A DNA stretch of 64,000 nt from an uncultured Nitrospiraceae bacterium (GTDB lineage Bacteria > Nitrospirota > Thermodesulfovibrionia > Thermodesulfovibrionales > SM23-35): the NCBI GenBank assembly GCA_963727775.1, contig CAVSHB010000003.1:480001-544000 (forward strand). Reading direction: 5' to 3'. Numbering within the stretch: the first letter of the stretch is position 1; each line of letters opens with the position of its first letter. The notes beneath the pieces are model-generated. The model was not told where the DNA came from, made no database searches, and worked only from the letters and a program-made list of their open reading frames with translations. A program made the position numbers and the translations under genes. Positions 55,162 to 63,027 of this stretch are shown here, one piece after another.

Positions 55162-55743
55162 TTACGGCATAGCGTTTGGCTTATTAAAAGAACGAGAGAC
55201 TATTTTTTGTTTCCTTCCAATTATCAAATACAAAACGGAACCGATAAAGGGTAAAAAGGTAATTGAAAGTAGCCATATTATTTTATTTGAGTTGGTAAAT
55301 TCATTCCTGAGAATATCTACTAATGCCGAAAACCAGATGAGAAAAAGTGAAAAACCTACAATTAAAAGAAATGCTAATGAGCGGAAAAATGATCTTGCTA
55401 TTGATTGACTATTGATAGATGACTTTGAAAATTTGGGTTGTATTAGAGGTAGGGGAATTTTCTTAGAGACGGAAACTTGAGCTTCATTACTGACTAAGGA
55501 ATTTGCCGCTTTTGATTCCGTTTGATTATTAATGAGCGATTCTTTTCTTTGAATATTGCTATAAGGCTGGTTCGTATGTTCACGGTATACATTAAGACGT
55601 GGAGTTTCGCGTGCCCGGGATTTCTTTTCGTTTGTACCGTAATAAACAGTATTTCCATTTTCATCGGTATATGAGGAAATTCCATCTTCTGAGAAACAAG
55701 GAGTTGAAAATAGGATAAGCAAAATTATGATTTTGTGGAACAT
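55162..55743 (-). CDS. Membrane protein with DUF4124-like N-terminus and PLDc_N-like C-terminus
   Basis: Signal peptide, YTDENG..YY; ALVDILR...K.IW......P.IG..LY..IG. Confidence 0.65.
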   Translation of the reverse strand: MFHKIIILLILFSTPCFSEDGISSYTDENGNTVYYGTNEKKSRARETPRLNVYREHTNQPYSNIQRKESLINNQTESKAANSLVSNEAQVSVSKKIPLPLIQPKFSKSSINSQSIARSFFRSLAFLLIVGFSLFLIWFSALVDILRNEFTNSNKIIWLLSITFLPFIGSVLYLIIGRKQKIVSRSFNKPNAMP

Positions 55744-55847
55744 TTTATTAATTAAACAATGTCAAATGTTGGAAACAATACAATTATAGCAGATAGCATT
55801 TCAAACGTATAATAATAAAATCATTAAACTTTTCTATACAAATAGGT

Positions 55848-56075
55848 TTAGATAAGATGCTTAAGGTCTTCTATTCTTAGGTCAGCATCTTTTAATATAC
55901 TTTTCAAGACTTTGGGATGAAGGATATCTCCGGAATGATAGGGTACCGTTACTCTCCTGCCAGATTTATTTTTATAAATTTTGTGGCTTCCACTTTGACG
56001 GCTAAGAGAGAACCCGGCCTTTTCTAATGCTCGTATAATATCTGTGGCAGTTACTCGCGGGAGCTTTTCACTCAT
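55848..56075 (-). CDS. hicA: HicA mRNA interferase toxin
   Basis: LEKAGF...RQSGSH and VTVPYH. Confidence 0.92.
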   Translation of the reverse strand: MSEKLPRVTATDIIRALEKAGFSLSRQSGSHKIYKNKSGRRVTVPYHSGDILHPKVLKSILKDADLRIEDLKHLI

Positions 56076-56296
56076 ACCGCAACTTCTAAGGAAGTTAGGC
56101 TCACTGATTCGGCTTGGGGGATTTCTTCACCGGATGCGATCCGATCTTCGATATGAAGACGTATAGCATCCCTGATGTTTTTTAAAACCTCTTCATAGGT
56201 ATCACCCTGGGTATAACAGCCTTGAAGCTCAGGACAAAAAGCAAAATATCCTTCTTCGTCCTTTTCTATCACTACCGAGAATCTATATCCAGCCAT
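56072..56296 (-). CDS. hicB: HicB antitoxin (short form), copy 2
   Basis: HicB motif; AGGAGG RBS; ATGA overlap with hicA. Confidence 0.92.
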   Translation of the reverse strand: MAGYRFSVVIEKDEEGYFAFCPELQGCYTQGDTYEEVLKNIRDAIRLHIEDRIASGEEIPQAESVSLTSLEVAV

Positions 56297-56347
56297 AATT
56301 ATCCTCCTGGAAATATTTACTTTATTTTATCAAATTTAAAATTTTTC

Positions 56348-56393
56348 TTGACAAAATAAAAATAGTATGCTTTAATTAGTACAAATGTAGTAC
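56348..56393 (+). promoter_or_regulatory. Promoter with overlapping TAGTAY repeats (candidate operator)
   Basis: TTGACA-17-TTTAAT with TG extension; TAGTAY at 56363, 56377 and 56388. Confidence 0.65.
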
Positions 56394-56416
56394 GAATCTA
56401 ATGCGGGAGGTTTGGG

Positions 56417-56725
56417 ATGGCTTTGAAGAATTACTCAATTAGGTTAGATGAAGAAGAATATGAAAAGCTTAGAAAGTTTCTTAGCGATTATGGAGATCCT
56501 GATCTTAACATCGGATATGTTATCAGGTCTTATATTAGCGACCTGAATAAGGTGTTGCCCAATATTAAGAAGTCAAGCCTGGGTATTAGAAATAATTTGG
56601 CTGTATGGAGTGCCGCTTTTAGACAGATGGGAAGAGCTGTGGATATCGAGGCCATTGTTAAGGGTGGATCGCTCATTGAACAAATAATGAGTGAAGCAAG
56701 AGAAGAAGGGAAAACAAAGAAATAG
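56417..56725 (+). CDS. Ribbon-helix-helix-like regulator
   Basis: KNYSIRLDEEEYEKL...IG.VIR; GGAGG RBS. Confidence 0.6.
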   Translation: MALKNYSIRLDEEEYEKLRKFLSDYGDPDLNIGYVIRSYISDLNKVLPNIKKSSLGIRNNLAVWSAAFRQMGRAVDIEAIVKGGSLIEQIMSEAREEGKTKK

Positions 56726-56734
56726 TCTACCGTT

Positions 56735-56901
56735 ATGGCTAACAAGTTACTTACATATAAAGACGTTGCTGAAAGATGGCAATTGCCTGTAAATACTCTT
56801 CGTAATTGGGTAATGAAAAAAAGCTTGTGCCTGTAAAGCTTGGTAGTCTTGTCAGGTTTCATGAATCATACATTATTGAACTGGAACAAAAAGGAATTTA
56901 A
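56735..56901 (+). pseudogene. Excisionase-like HTH protein split by a frameshift at an A7 run
   Basis: MANKLLTYKDVAERWQLPVNTLRNWVMKK, continued in the -1 frame by KLVPVKLGSLVRFHESYIIELEQKGI*. Confidence 0.8.
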
Positions 56902-56905
56902 ACAA

Positions 56906-58069
56906 ATGGGTATTTTCAAGAAATGGAATAAATCAGATAATCGTGAAGTCTACTATATTGACTACTACGATGAAAATGGTATTCGTCAAAGAGAATGCAC
57001 CAGGTCGAGTTCTCATACCTTTGCAAAAGAACTCTTAACAAGAAGAAAAGATGAAGTAGGACAAAGAAAGAAGCTGCCTGAAAGATATACACCGAAAATT
57101 AAATTCACAGATTTTGTTGATAATGACTATCTCCCGATCCATGCCAAGGGCTCTAAGTATGAAGCCAATATTAAGGGTATCTGTAAAAAGTTAAAAAACT
57201 ATTTTGGTGATAATTTCCTGCATGAGATCAATTCCCGTATGGTGGAGATATACAAAAAAGAGCGCATGGTTAAGCGTGCAGACAATACTGTCAATAATGA
57301 ACTCAACACCTTAAGCGGTATTTTTACTAAGGCAATCGAATGGGGAAAGGCTCTAATAAATCCTGTGCATAAGGTTAAGCGGTTCAGGATCAAAGAGAGA
57401 AAGAGGATTTTGGATCATCATGAGCAAGAGGCGTTGATCATTGCAAGCGGTCAAGAGAAGAAGGCTCCATACCTGCAAAACATGGTTATTTTTGATTTAT
57501 ATACCGGCCTGAGAAAAGAAGAACTTTTAAATGTGAAATGGTCTGACGTGGATTTTGAGAATAAACAGATACATGTACGGGCCGACATTGCCAAATACAA
57601 CAAAGATCGTTATATAGACTTAACAATCCAGGCTTTGACCGTTCTAAGGTCATTACCTAGAAGGCGTGAATATGTCTTTTGTGATAAGGGGGGGAAACCC
57701 TTTAAGAACTTCAGACGGTCTTTTGAATCTGCCGTTACGAGGGCTACATTGAAAGATGTAGTTATCCATGACCTGAGGAGGACATTCGGGTCTAATTGTG
57801 TCATGGCAGGCGTGTCGTTGGCTACAGTTCAAAAATGGATGGGTCATGCATCCATAAACACGACCATAAAGCATTATGGCCATTTAGCACAATCTTTCAG
57901 AAAGGAGGAAGTGAAAAAACTGGAAGGAAGGATGGACACCTGTATGGACACCTGGTTAAAAGACGCTACAGAAAAAGCTTGTAAGTCCTTGAAAAATATG
58001 GTACCCCCTGCAGGAATTGAACCTGCGACACCAGGTTTAGGAAACCTGTGCTCTATCCTACTGAGCTAA
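56906..58069 (+). CDS. Tyrosine integrase of the 5.6-kb element
   Basis: TGLRKEE, HDLRR and MGH...TIKHY; 3' end runs antisense through the tRNA. Confidence 0.93.
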   Translation: MGIFKKWNKSDNREVYYIDYYDENGIRQRECTRSSSHTFAKELLTRRKDEVGQRKKLPERYTPKIKFTDFVDNDYLPIHAKGSKYEANIKGICKKLKNYFGDNFLHEINSRMVEIYKKERMVKRADNTVNNELNTLSGIFTKAIEWGKALINPVHKVKRFRIKERKRILDHHEQEALIIASGQEKKAPYLQNMVIFDLYTGLRKEELLNVKWSDVDFENKQIHVRADIAKYNKDRYIDLTIQALTVLRSLPRRREYVFCDKGGKPFKNFRRSFESAVTRATLKDVVIHDLRRTFGSNCVMAGVSLATVQKWMGHASINTTIKHYGHLAQSFRKEEVKKLEGRMDTCMDTWLKDATEKACKSLKNMVPPAGIEPATPGLGNLCSILLS

Positions 58070-58075
58070 GGGGGC
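57999..58075 (-). tRNA. tRNA-Arg(CCT)
   Basis: 77-nt cloverleaf GCCCCCT...CAGGT-TTCCTAA-ACCTG...GCAGG-TTCAATT-CCTGC-AGGGGGT-A-CCA. Confidence 0.97.
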
Positions 58076-58136
58076 ACGCGGGTTTACACGTTATTATACA
58101 TCAAAACGTGACAAAAACGTGATAACCCGGCAGACA

Positions 58137-59228
58137 CTATGCCCTATTCCGTCTGGCCTTACTTTTATCCTTTTTCTTATCCAAGACCGTCACGCTATCC
58201 CTGAGCGATTCAGGGCAATGATGTGCGTATCTCTGTGTCGTCGATATGTCTTTATGGCCCAAAAGCTTTGAGATTTTGAGAAGATCAACCCCAGCCTGTG
58301 CCAGTCTTGAAGCAAAGGTATGCCTAAGATCGTGAAAACGACAGTGAGCGATTCCGGACTCCTTAACGGCCCTCCTAAACGCCCTCTTAAGGGCATCGGC
58401 CTTGATCATGCCACTGTTCACATCGCAAAAAACACAACCTGACATGTTGCCTGCTTGAGCACGCCTTTTCAGGAGGTCATAGGCGGTCTTGTTAAGGGGG
58501 ATTGTCCTCATATTCGAGGCGTCCGACCCGTTTGATCCGCACCTTTTTGACCTTTGCTTGCGCGTCTTCTCCCTGCCAGTAGTAAGAGTTTTACCGAAAA
58601 GATCGACTTGAGACCATTCCAACTTCAAAATCTCTTCCTGGCTGAGGCCAGTATTAAGGTCGAGCACGATAATGTCGGGAAGCTGATCGTTGAGTTTACC
58701 TTGGGCTGAACAGAGAAGCTTTTCCTCTTCTTCCCTTGTTAACCACCTGTCTATTTCGCCCGCTTTGAGCATGATTCTCTTTGCGTCTTTAATCGGGTTT
58801 GTCCTTGACCACTTTACGGTGTTAAAGGCGTGGCTCAGCAATCTCACCTCATTTAAGATGGTCGAGTCTGCTGCCCCCTCGTCCAGTCGCTTCTTTTTGT
58901 AGTCATCGACTAAGTCCGATGTTATGCTGCTCAGCGGCAATCCCGAAAAAAAGCTATTAAGATGAGGAAGAGCATCTTTCTTGCGCTCCAGAGTGGATGA
59001 TTTGTCCACAATCTTAGAAAAATATACCTCCATCATCTCATCAAAAGTTCTCCTTCTGGCTTCTTCGATATCGAACCACTTTCCTTCGATTATCAGCGTC
59101 TCGACCTTGGCCAGAATTTTCCTCGCCAGTTTTTCGTCAGTGGTTTCAGTGGAGCGGCGATACTGTTGACCGTTAACAGCAAAACGCATCCACCAGACCT
59201 TACTGTCTTTACGCCTGTACAGTCCCAT
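58137..59228 (-). CDS. Tyrosine integrase (first catalytic Arg replaced by Ser)
   Basis: GLYRR..S.VWW N-terminus, TGLSQEE, FHDLRH and LGH..ISTTQRY. Confidence 0.9.
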   Translation of the reverse strand: MGLYRRKDSKVWWMRFAVNGQQYRRSTETTDEKLARKILAKVETLIIEGKWFDIEEARRRTFDEMMEVYFSKIVDKSSTLERKKDALPHLNSFFSGLPLSSITSDLVDDYKKKRLDEGAADSTILNEVRLLSHAFNTVKWSRTNPIKDAKRIMLKAGEIDRWLTREEEEKLLCSAQGKLNDQLPDIIVLDLNTGLSQEEILKLEWSQVDLFGKTLTTGREKTRKQRSKRCGSNGSDASNMRTIPLNKTAYDLLKRRAQAGNMSGCVFCDVNSGMIKADALKRAFRRAVKESGIAHCRFHDLRHTFASRLAQAGVDLLKISKLLGHKDISTTQRYAHHCPESLRDSVTVLDKKKDKSKARRNRA

Positions 59229-59319
59229 AACTATAATCCTCCTTTCCTGCCCTCCGTGGGGCATAGGGACCAACAAGGCTTGAAAACACCATGTTAAATT
59301 ATACAAGAAATCAAGCCCG

Positions 59320-59643
59320 TTAGCCCCTTTGTTTACCTAGAACTAAACTTTTCGCACGTTTAATAATGAGATTGACCTCGCCCACTTGCGAAGGCCTATC
59401 GGTTTGTTTCTTCCCTCCTTTCTGTCTGAGAATATCCGGTTTCTTTTGATCTACTCCGAAAGTTTTGTCTTTTATCCATTCTGTTAGAAGACGTTCAGGA
59501 TATCTGACAGCTCTGCCTGAAAGCTTAACGAAAGGAATCTTTTTGGCAGAAGTCCATTTGCGAATGGTTATGAGTTCCACATTCAGCCAGTCGGCAACTT
59601 CTTCTGCGATCAGCATCCTTCCCAGATCTATCAGCACGTTCAT
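59320..59643 (-). CDS. Excisionase-like HTH protein
   Basis: EEVADWL.V...TIRKW...KIPFVKL...VRY. Confidence 0.8.
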   Translation of the reverse strand: MNVLIDLGRMLIAEEVADWLNVELITIRKWTSAKKIPFVKLSGRAVRYPERLLTEWIKDKTFGVDQKKPDILRQKGGKKQTDRPSQVGEVNLIIKRAKSLVLGKQRG

Positions 59644-59667
59644 ATTAATAGGAACCTCTAATAGATA

Positions 59668-60582
59668 TTACTTTCCGCTTTCCTCAAGCTTTGCAAAGAA
59701 CTGTTCGAGTCCACGTTGGATTTCACGCTTGCCCTCCGCTGTGATTTTTTCTTTCTTGGCATGCCGTGCAGTGAATATAAGTTCGTCATTTCGGACATTA
59801 ATACTGAACGAATTGTCTATTCTGCGGGGAGTTCTATTTACGGCGAGTAGCATGAAATATTTGATGGCGCTCTTTAACCCTTCGTTGTTGACAAACTCGA
59901 AGAACTTTTCACGGGATTCCGAGTTCTCAATATTTTCAAAAAGAGTAGCCATCATTTCAGCAGTTTTGAAGTCGATGAACTCTGCCTGAAGTTCAAACAT
60001 AGAAGCCAGGGCTGGAGAAGCGTAGAGTACCCTGTATATCCTCATATACCGCTCAACGATCCTCAGGCAAAGGCCCAGTTCGGATGCAACCCGTTCAATG
60101 TCTTTTAATTCATTAAACAGTTCTCCTATTGCTCGGGTTTTCTCAACGACATTTAAATCTTCGCGCTGCAAATTCTCTAACAGAGCAAGAATCCGCATTT
60201 CATTGTCCGATGCTTCCTTTACAACAACCGGTATCGATGATAACCCGGCAATTCTCGCAGCCCGAAGCCGTCTTTCTCCTGCAATGAGTTCGTATCTTAG
60301 GGGAGATACGGAAACTCGTCTGACCAAAACTGGTTGCAGGATACCTCTAATCCTAATGGACTCGGCAAGTGCTTTAAGCTTTTCCTCTGCGAAGAGCCTT
60401 CTGGGCTGCGATGGATTATGGGCTATCTGCTCAATAGGGATGAGCACCGTCTTCCCGTTCTCAGATGGTACTATATCTTTCTCCGGTTGTTGGAGACCGC
60501 TCCCATTATTCCCCAGAATCTTTTTCAAGGTTTCATCAGTCCGTTTTGAAAACAAGTTCCTAATTCCTTTTCCCATCGTCAT
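59668..60582 (-). CDS. ParB-family partition protein
   Basis: NPSQPRR.F, GILQP, LIAGERRLRA and ENLQREDL. Confidence 0.9.
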   Translation of the reverse strand: MTMGKGIRNLFSKRTDETLKKILGNNGSGLQQPEKDIVPSENGKTVLIPIEQIAHNPSQPRRLFAEEKLKALAESIRIRGILQPVLVRRVSVSPLRYELIAGERRLRAARIAGLSSIPVVVKEASDNEMRILALLENLQREDLNVVEKTRAIGELFNELKDIERVASELGLCLRIVERYMRIYRVLYASPALASMFELQAEFIDFKTAEMMATLFENIENSESREKFFEFVNNEGLKSAIKYFMLLAVNRTPRRIDNSFSINVRNDELIFTARHAKKEKITAEGKREIQRGLEQFFAKLEESGK

Positions 60583-61319
60583 ATCCTCCCTTCAATTATT
60601 CGTTCTTTAATAGATATTACTTATGGCTCGGAAATGAGCTTTTTGGAGTAATTCTGATACGTCGTCATCTATAACGGTCTGATATCTGATCTGACTTCCA
60701 AGGCAAAAGACGGGTGCAAATTCAGGGGTGTGCCGTTCCGCCGAAAATGACCCGGCGACATGATGTCTGAGAGCATTTGGGATCTCATTTTTCATAGACA
60801 ACATTATGTCGGAAATATGGTTTCAACCCTCAGGTTGCCCCTCAGGATACTCGTAAGGTCATTATCAACTCAAAAACGAGGAAGTTCTTTATAATTCAAG
60901 GTATTACAAGCTGACAGCAAAGCCCGACTATATACTATTTTGTCTTATCATTAAAAAGCGAAGCGTTATTGCCATCCAAAGCCACATACCAAGTTCTGTA
61001 ATGTATCTTTAGAAAATAAATTCACATCCTCAAGTTCTCATTCTCGCAGCCATCCCCACCGCCTTTCTTGCGCATGTTTTTCAGTATTCTGCCGGTCTTC
61101 ATTCTTGTGTCTCTGAATTCTTAGTCGAATGACAAATAACACATTCCCAAGCCATGCTTTCGCATTGAGTCACACACATCAATGGCGATATCTTGATGAT
61201 CCATTCCTTTTCATCTTCTCTTACCAACATCATCCCCTATTAGCTGTCCTGATCATCACCTTCCTTAATATTGTTGTTTTCCTCTTAGCAGCGCTGAGCC
61301 TTTTGTAATATCTATATAG

Positions 61320-62060
61320 ATGGCTGAGATAACTAAGAGAGATATCAAGTTGTTTAGGGTTATGGCCCTCGGCGTTTCGAATCTGGAGATGATAATGTCA
61401 CTTCTCCCTGATTTGTTTGGAATCAAAATAAGCCGGTATGCCATAGAAAAACGGTTGTCGCTCCTCAGGGCAGACGGCTACATCATTAGCAGGAAATACA
61501 TGCGCCTAAAGCAGCATGGTCACAAAACTCTCTATTCACTGACGAAAAAAGCAGTAGTAGTTCTTACTTCTTTAGGACACCCGGTTGAGCGAATCCGCTA
61601 TGGCTTACCGGAAGACATCATGGCGTTGCATGAACTTGCAATTACAGAAACTCTACATACAATAGCTATGGAGGCGTCTCAAGGTCTCTATAACTTTGTA
61701 TCTACAGACTCCACGGTTTTAAAGCAGTTGCGCCAAAAATGGTCTGGAGATCTTATCCCCGACTTGCATCTGGAACTTTCCTTTAAGGATGGCAGGAAAA
61801 CAACCGTAAACGTGGAAATCGATATGGGGACAATCCTGCTGCATAAAATGCGCAACCGCCTTCGACTATTGTCTGCAGGTGACGATTTGGTGTTGGTGCT
61901 GTGTAAAGTGGAATCACGCATTAAAGGTCTCCGGGAAGCTTATATTTACAAGCCAGAGCTTGTTTATTTCGTGTTACAAGAGGATTTCAATAACGGAGGG
62001 TTTGGGAACACCAGACTCATGAACATCAACGGAGAAGCGATGCGCCTGAAATTGCATTGA
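61320..62060 (+). CDS. Replication-relaxation (Replic_Relax)-like protein
   Basis: wHTH N-terminus (RL..L...GYI, YSLT), HELAI, IPDL and VEIDMGT. Confidence 0.7.
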   Translation: MAEITKRDIKLFRVMALGVSNLEMIMSLLPDLFGIKISRYAIEKRLSLLRADGYIISRKYMRLKQHGHKTLYSLTKKAVVVLTSLGHPVERIRYGLPEDIMALHELAITETLHTIAMEASQGLYNFVSTDSTVLKQLRQKWSGDLIPDLHLELSFKDGRKTTVNVEIDMGTILLHKMRNRLRLLSAGDDLVLVLCKVESRIKGLREAYIYKPELVYFVLQEDFNNGGFGNTRLMNINGEAMRLKLH

Positions 62061-62292
62061 TAGAAAAACGACTGGCGTCGGGCTTGGATTTTCCGACATC
62101 ATGTCGTGATACATGAGTGGTGCGTGGTATTTGACCTTGGTAATTGGATTTAAGATCAGATAGAAGAGCACGAGTAATATCTTACTGAAGGCATAGGGTG
62201 GGATACTGCAATTTCAGAAGAGGAGGGTATGAGTGTGTCGCCCGTGATACCAACTTTCTAAGGTAGAGATATTCAGATCAAAGGAGAAAGCA

Positions 62293-62799
62293 ATGGAAAG
62301 GAGAATTCAGCAAATAAATGCGGACAAGAAGCTGAGCCATGAAACTCGTGTCAAAAAAGTGGCAGCAGCAATAAGACGAGACAAAGCACAGTTTCTGAAA
62401 AGATGTTATTTTTATCCATATTGGGTAATTGATGTTTGTGCAACAGAAAGAAAGAAATGTTATGCGGATCTCACTGTCTCGACCGACCTAATTAGTACGG
62501 ACGGCAAAACACAGGTTACGTATTTAAAAATTGAGATAGATGAATATAGTGATTTCAAAAGATTGATACGTAAAATGATGCGCATGACGGGCACCGGCAT
62601 CGTACTAAGCGCAACGACTTACAGGATTAACAAATTATTAAAAGCGTACATTGCCTTACTTGGGAAAGAAAAGATGGTTGCTGATGGGATCTTCTTTGGC
62701 CTAATAAATGATTTTATCCGTGGTGGTCTCCTCGCGACGACCTTTTGGACCTTGGACGGGACGACATTGCATTTTCAACCGAAGCCAGAAACGGCTTAG
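62293..62799 (+). CDS. Shorter paralog-like PD-(D/E)xK protein
   Basis: ADL...DG...IEID pattern and C-terminus resemble 61320-62060; AAGGAG RBS. Confidence 0.5.
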   Translation: MERRIQQINADKKLSHETRVKKVAAAIRRDKAQFLKRCYFYPYWVIDVCATERKKCYADLTVSTDLISTDGKTQVTYLKIEIDEYSDFKRLIRKMMRMTGTGIVLSATTYRINKLLKAYIALLGKEKMVADGIFFGLINDFIRGGLLATTFWTLDGTTLHFQPKPETA

Positions 62800-63027
62800 G
62801 CTTCTCATCATGAACTTAAGGATTGATTCTGAGTCCGGTATGCAACTAATAAAACTGGAAGGAACATTGAGTTCATGCGTCGTGCCTGAGTGGACCGGTG
62901 AGCCAACTCTGTGCACAAAGAATAGGTGCGTGCCGCTCGTCAATGCTAACTTTTTTCTTTGATGTAGCATATGCTAAAATGTCTAAATCTCACAAAAATT
63001 CTTTAAATTTTGAGGGAAGTACTCAAG

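Larger units (their letters stand above)
52439..58044. mobile_element. 5.6-kb integrative element at tRNA-Arg(CCT)
   Basis: Flanking att repeats, integrase, xis-like gene, Rep, hicBA; ATGGACACC pairs at 52575-52595 and 57932-57952. Confidence 0.9.

Noticed and set aside
52439..57998. Intact filamentous prophage
   Set aside because: No Zot/pI ATPase, coat or ssDNA-binding gene seen
60607..61260. parA remnant or small ORFs upstream of parB
   Set aside because: No Walker A motif; the short ORFs have no recognisable features
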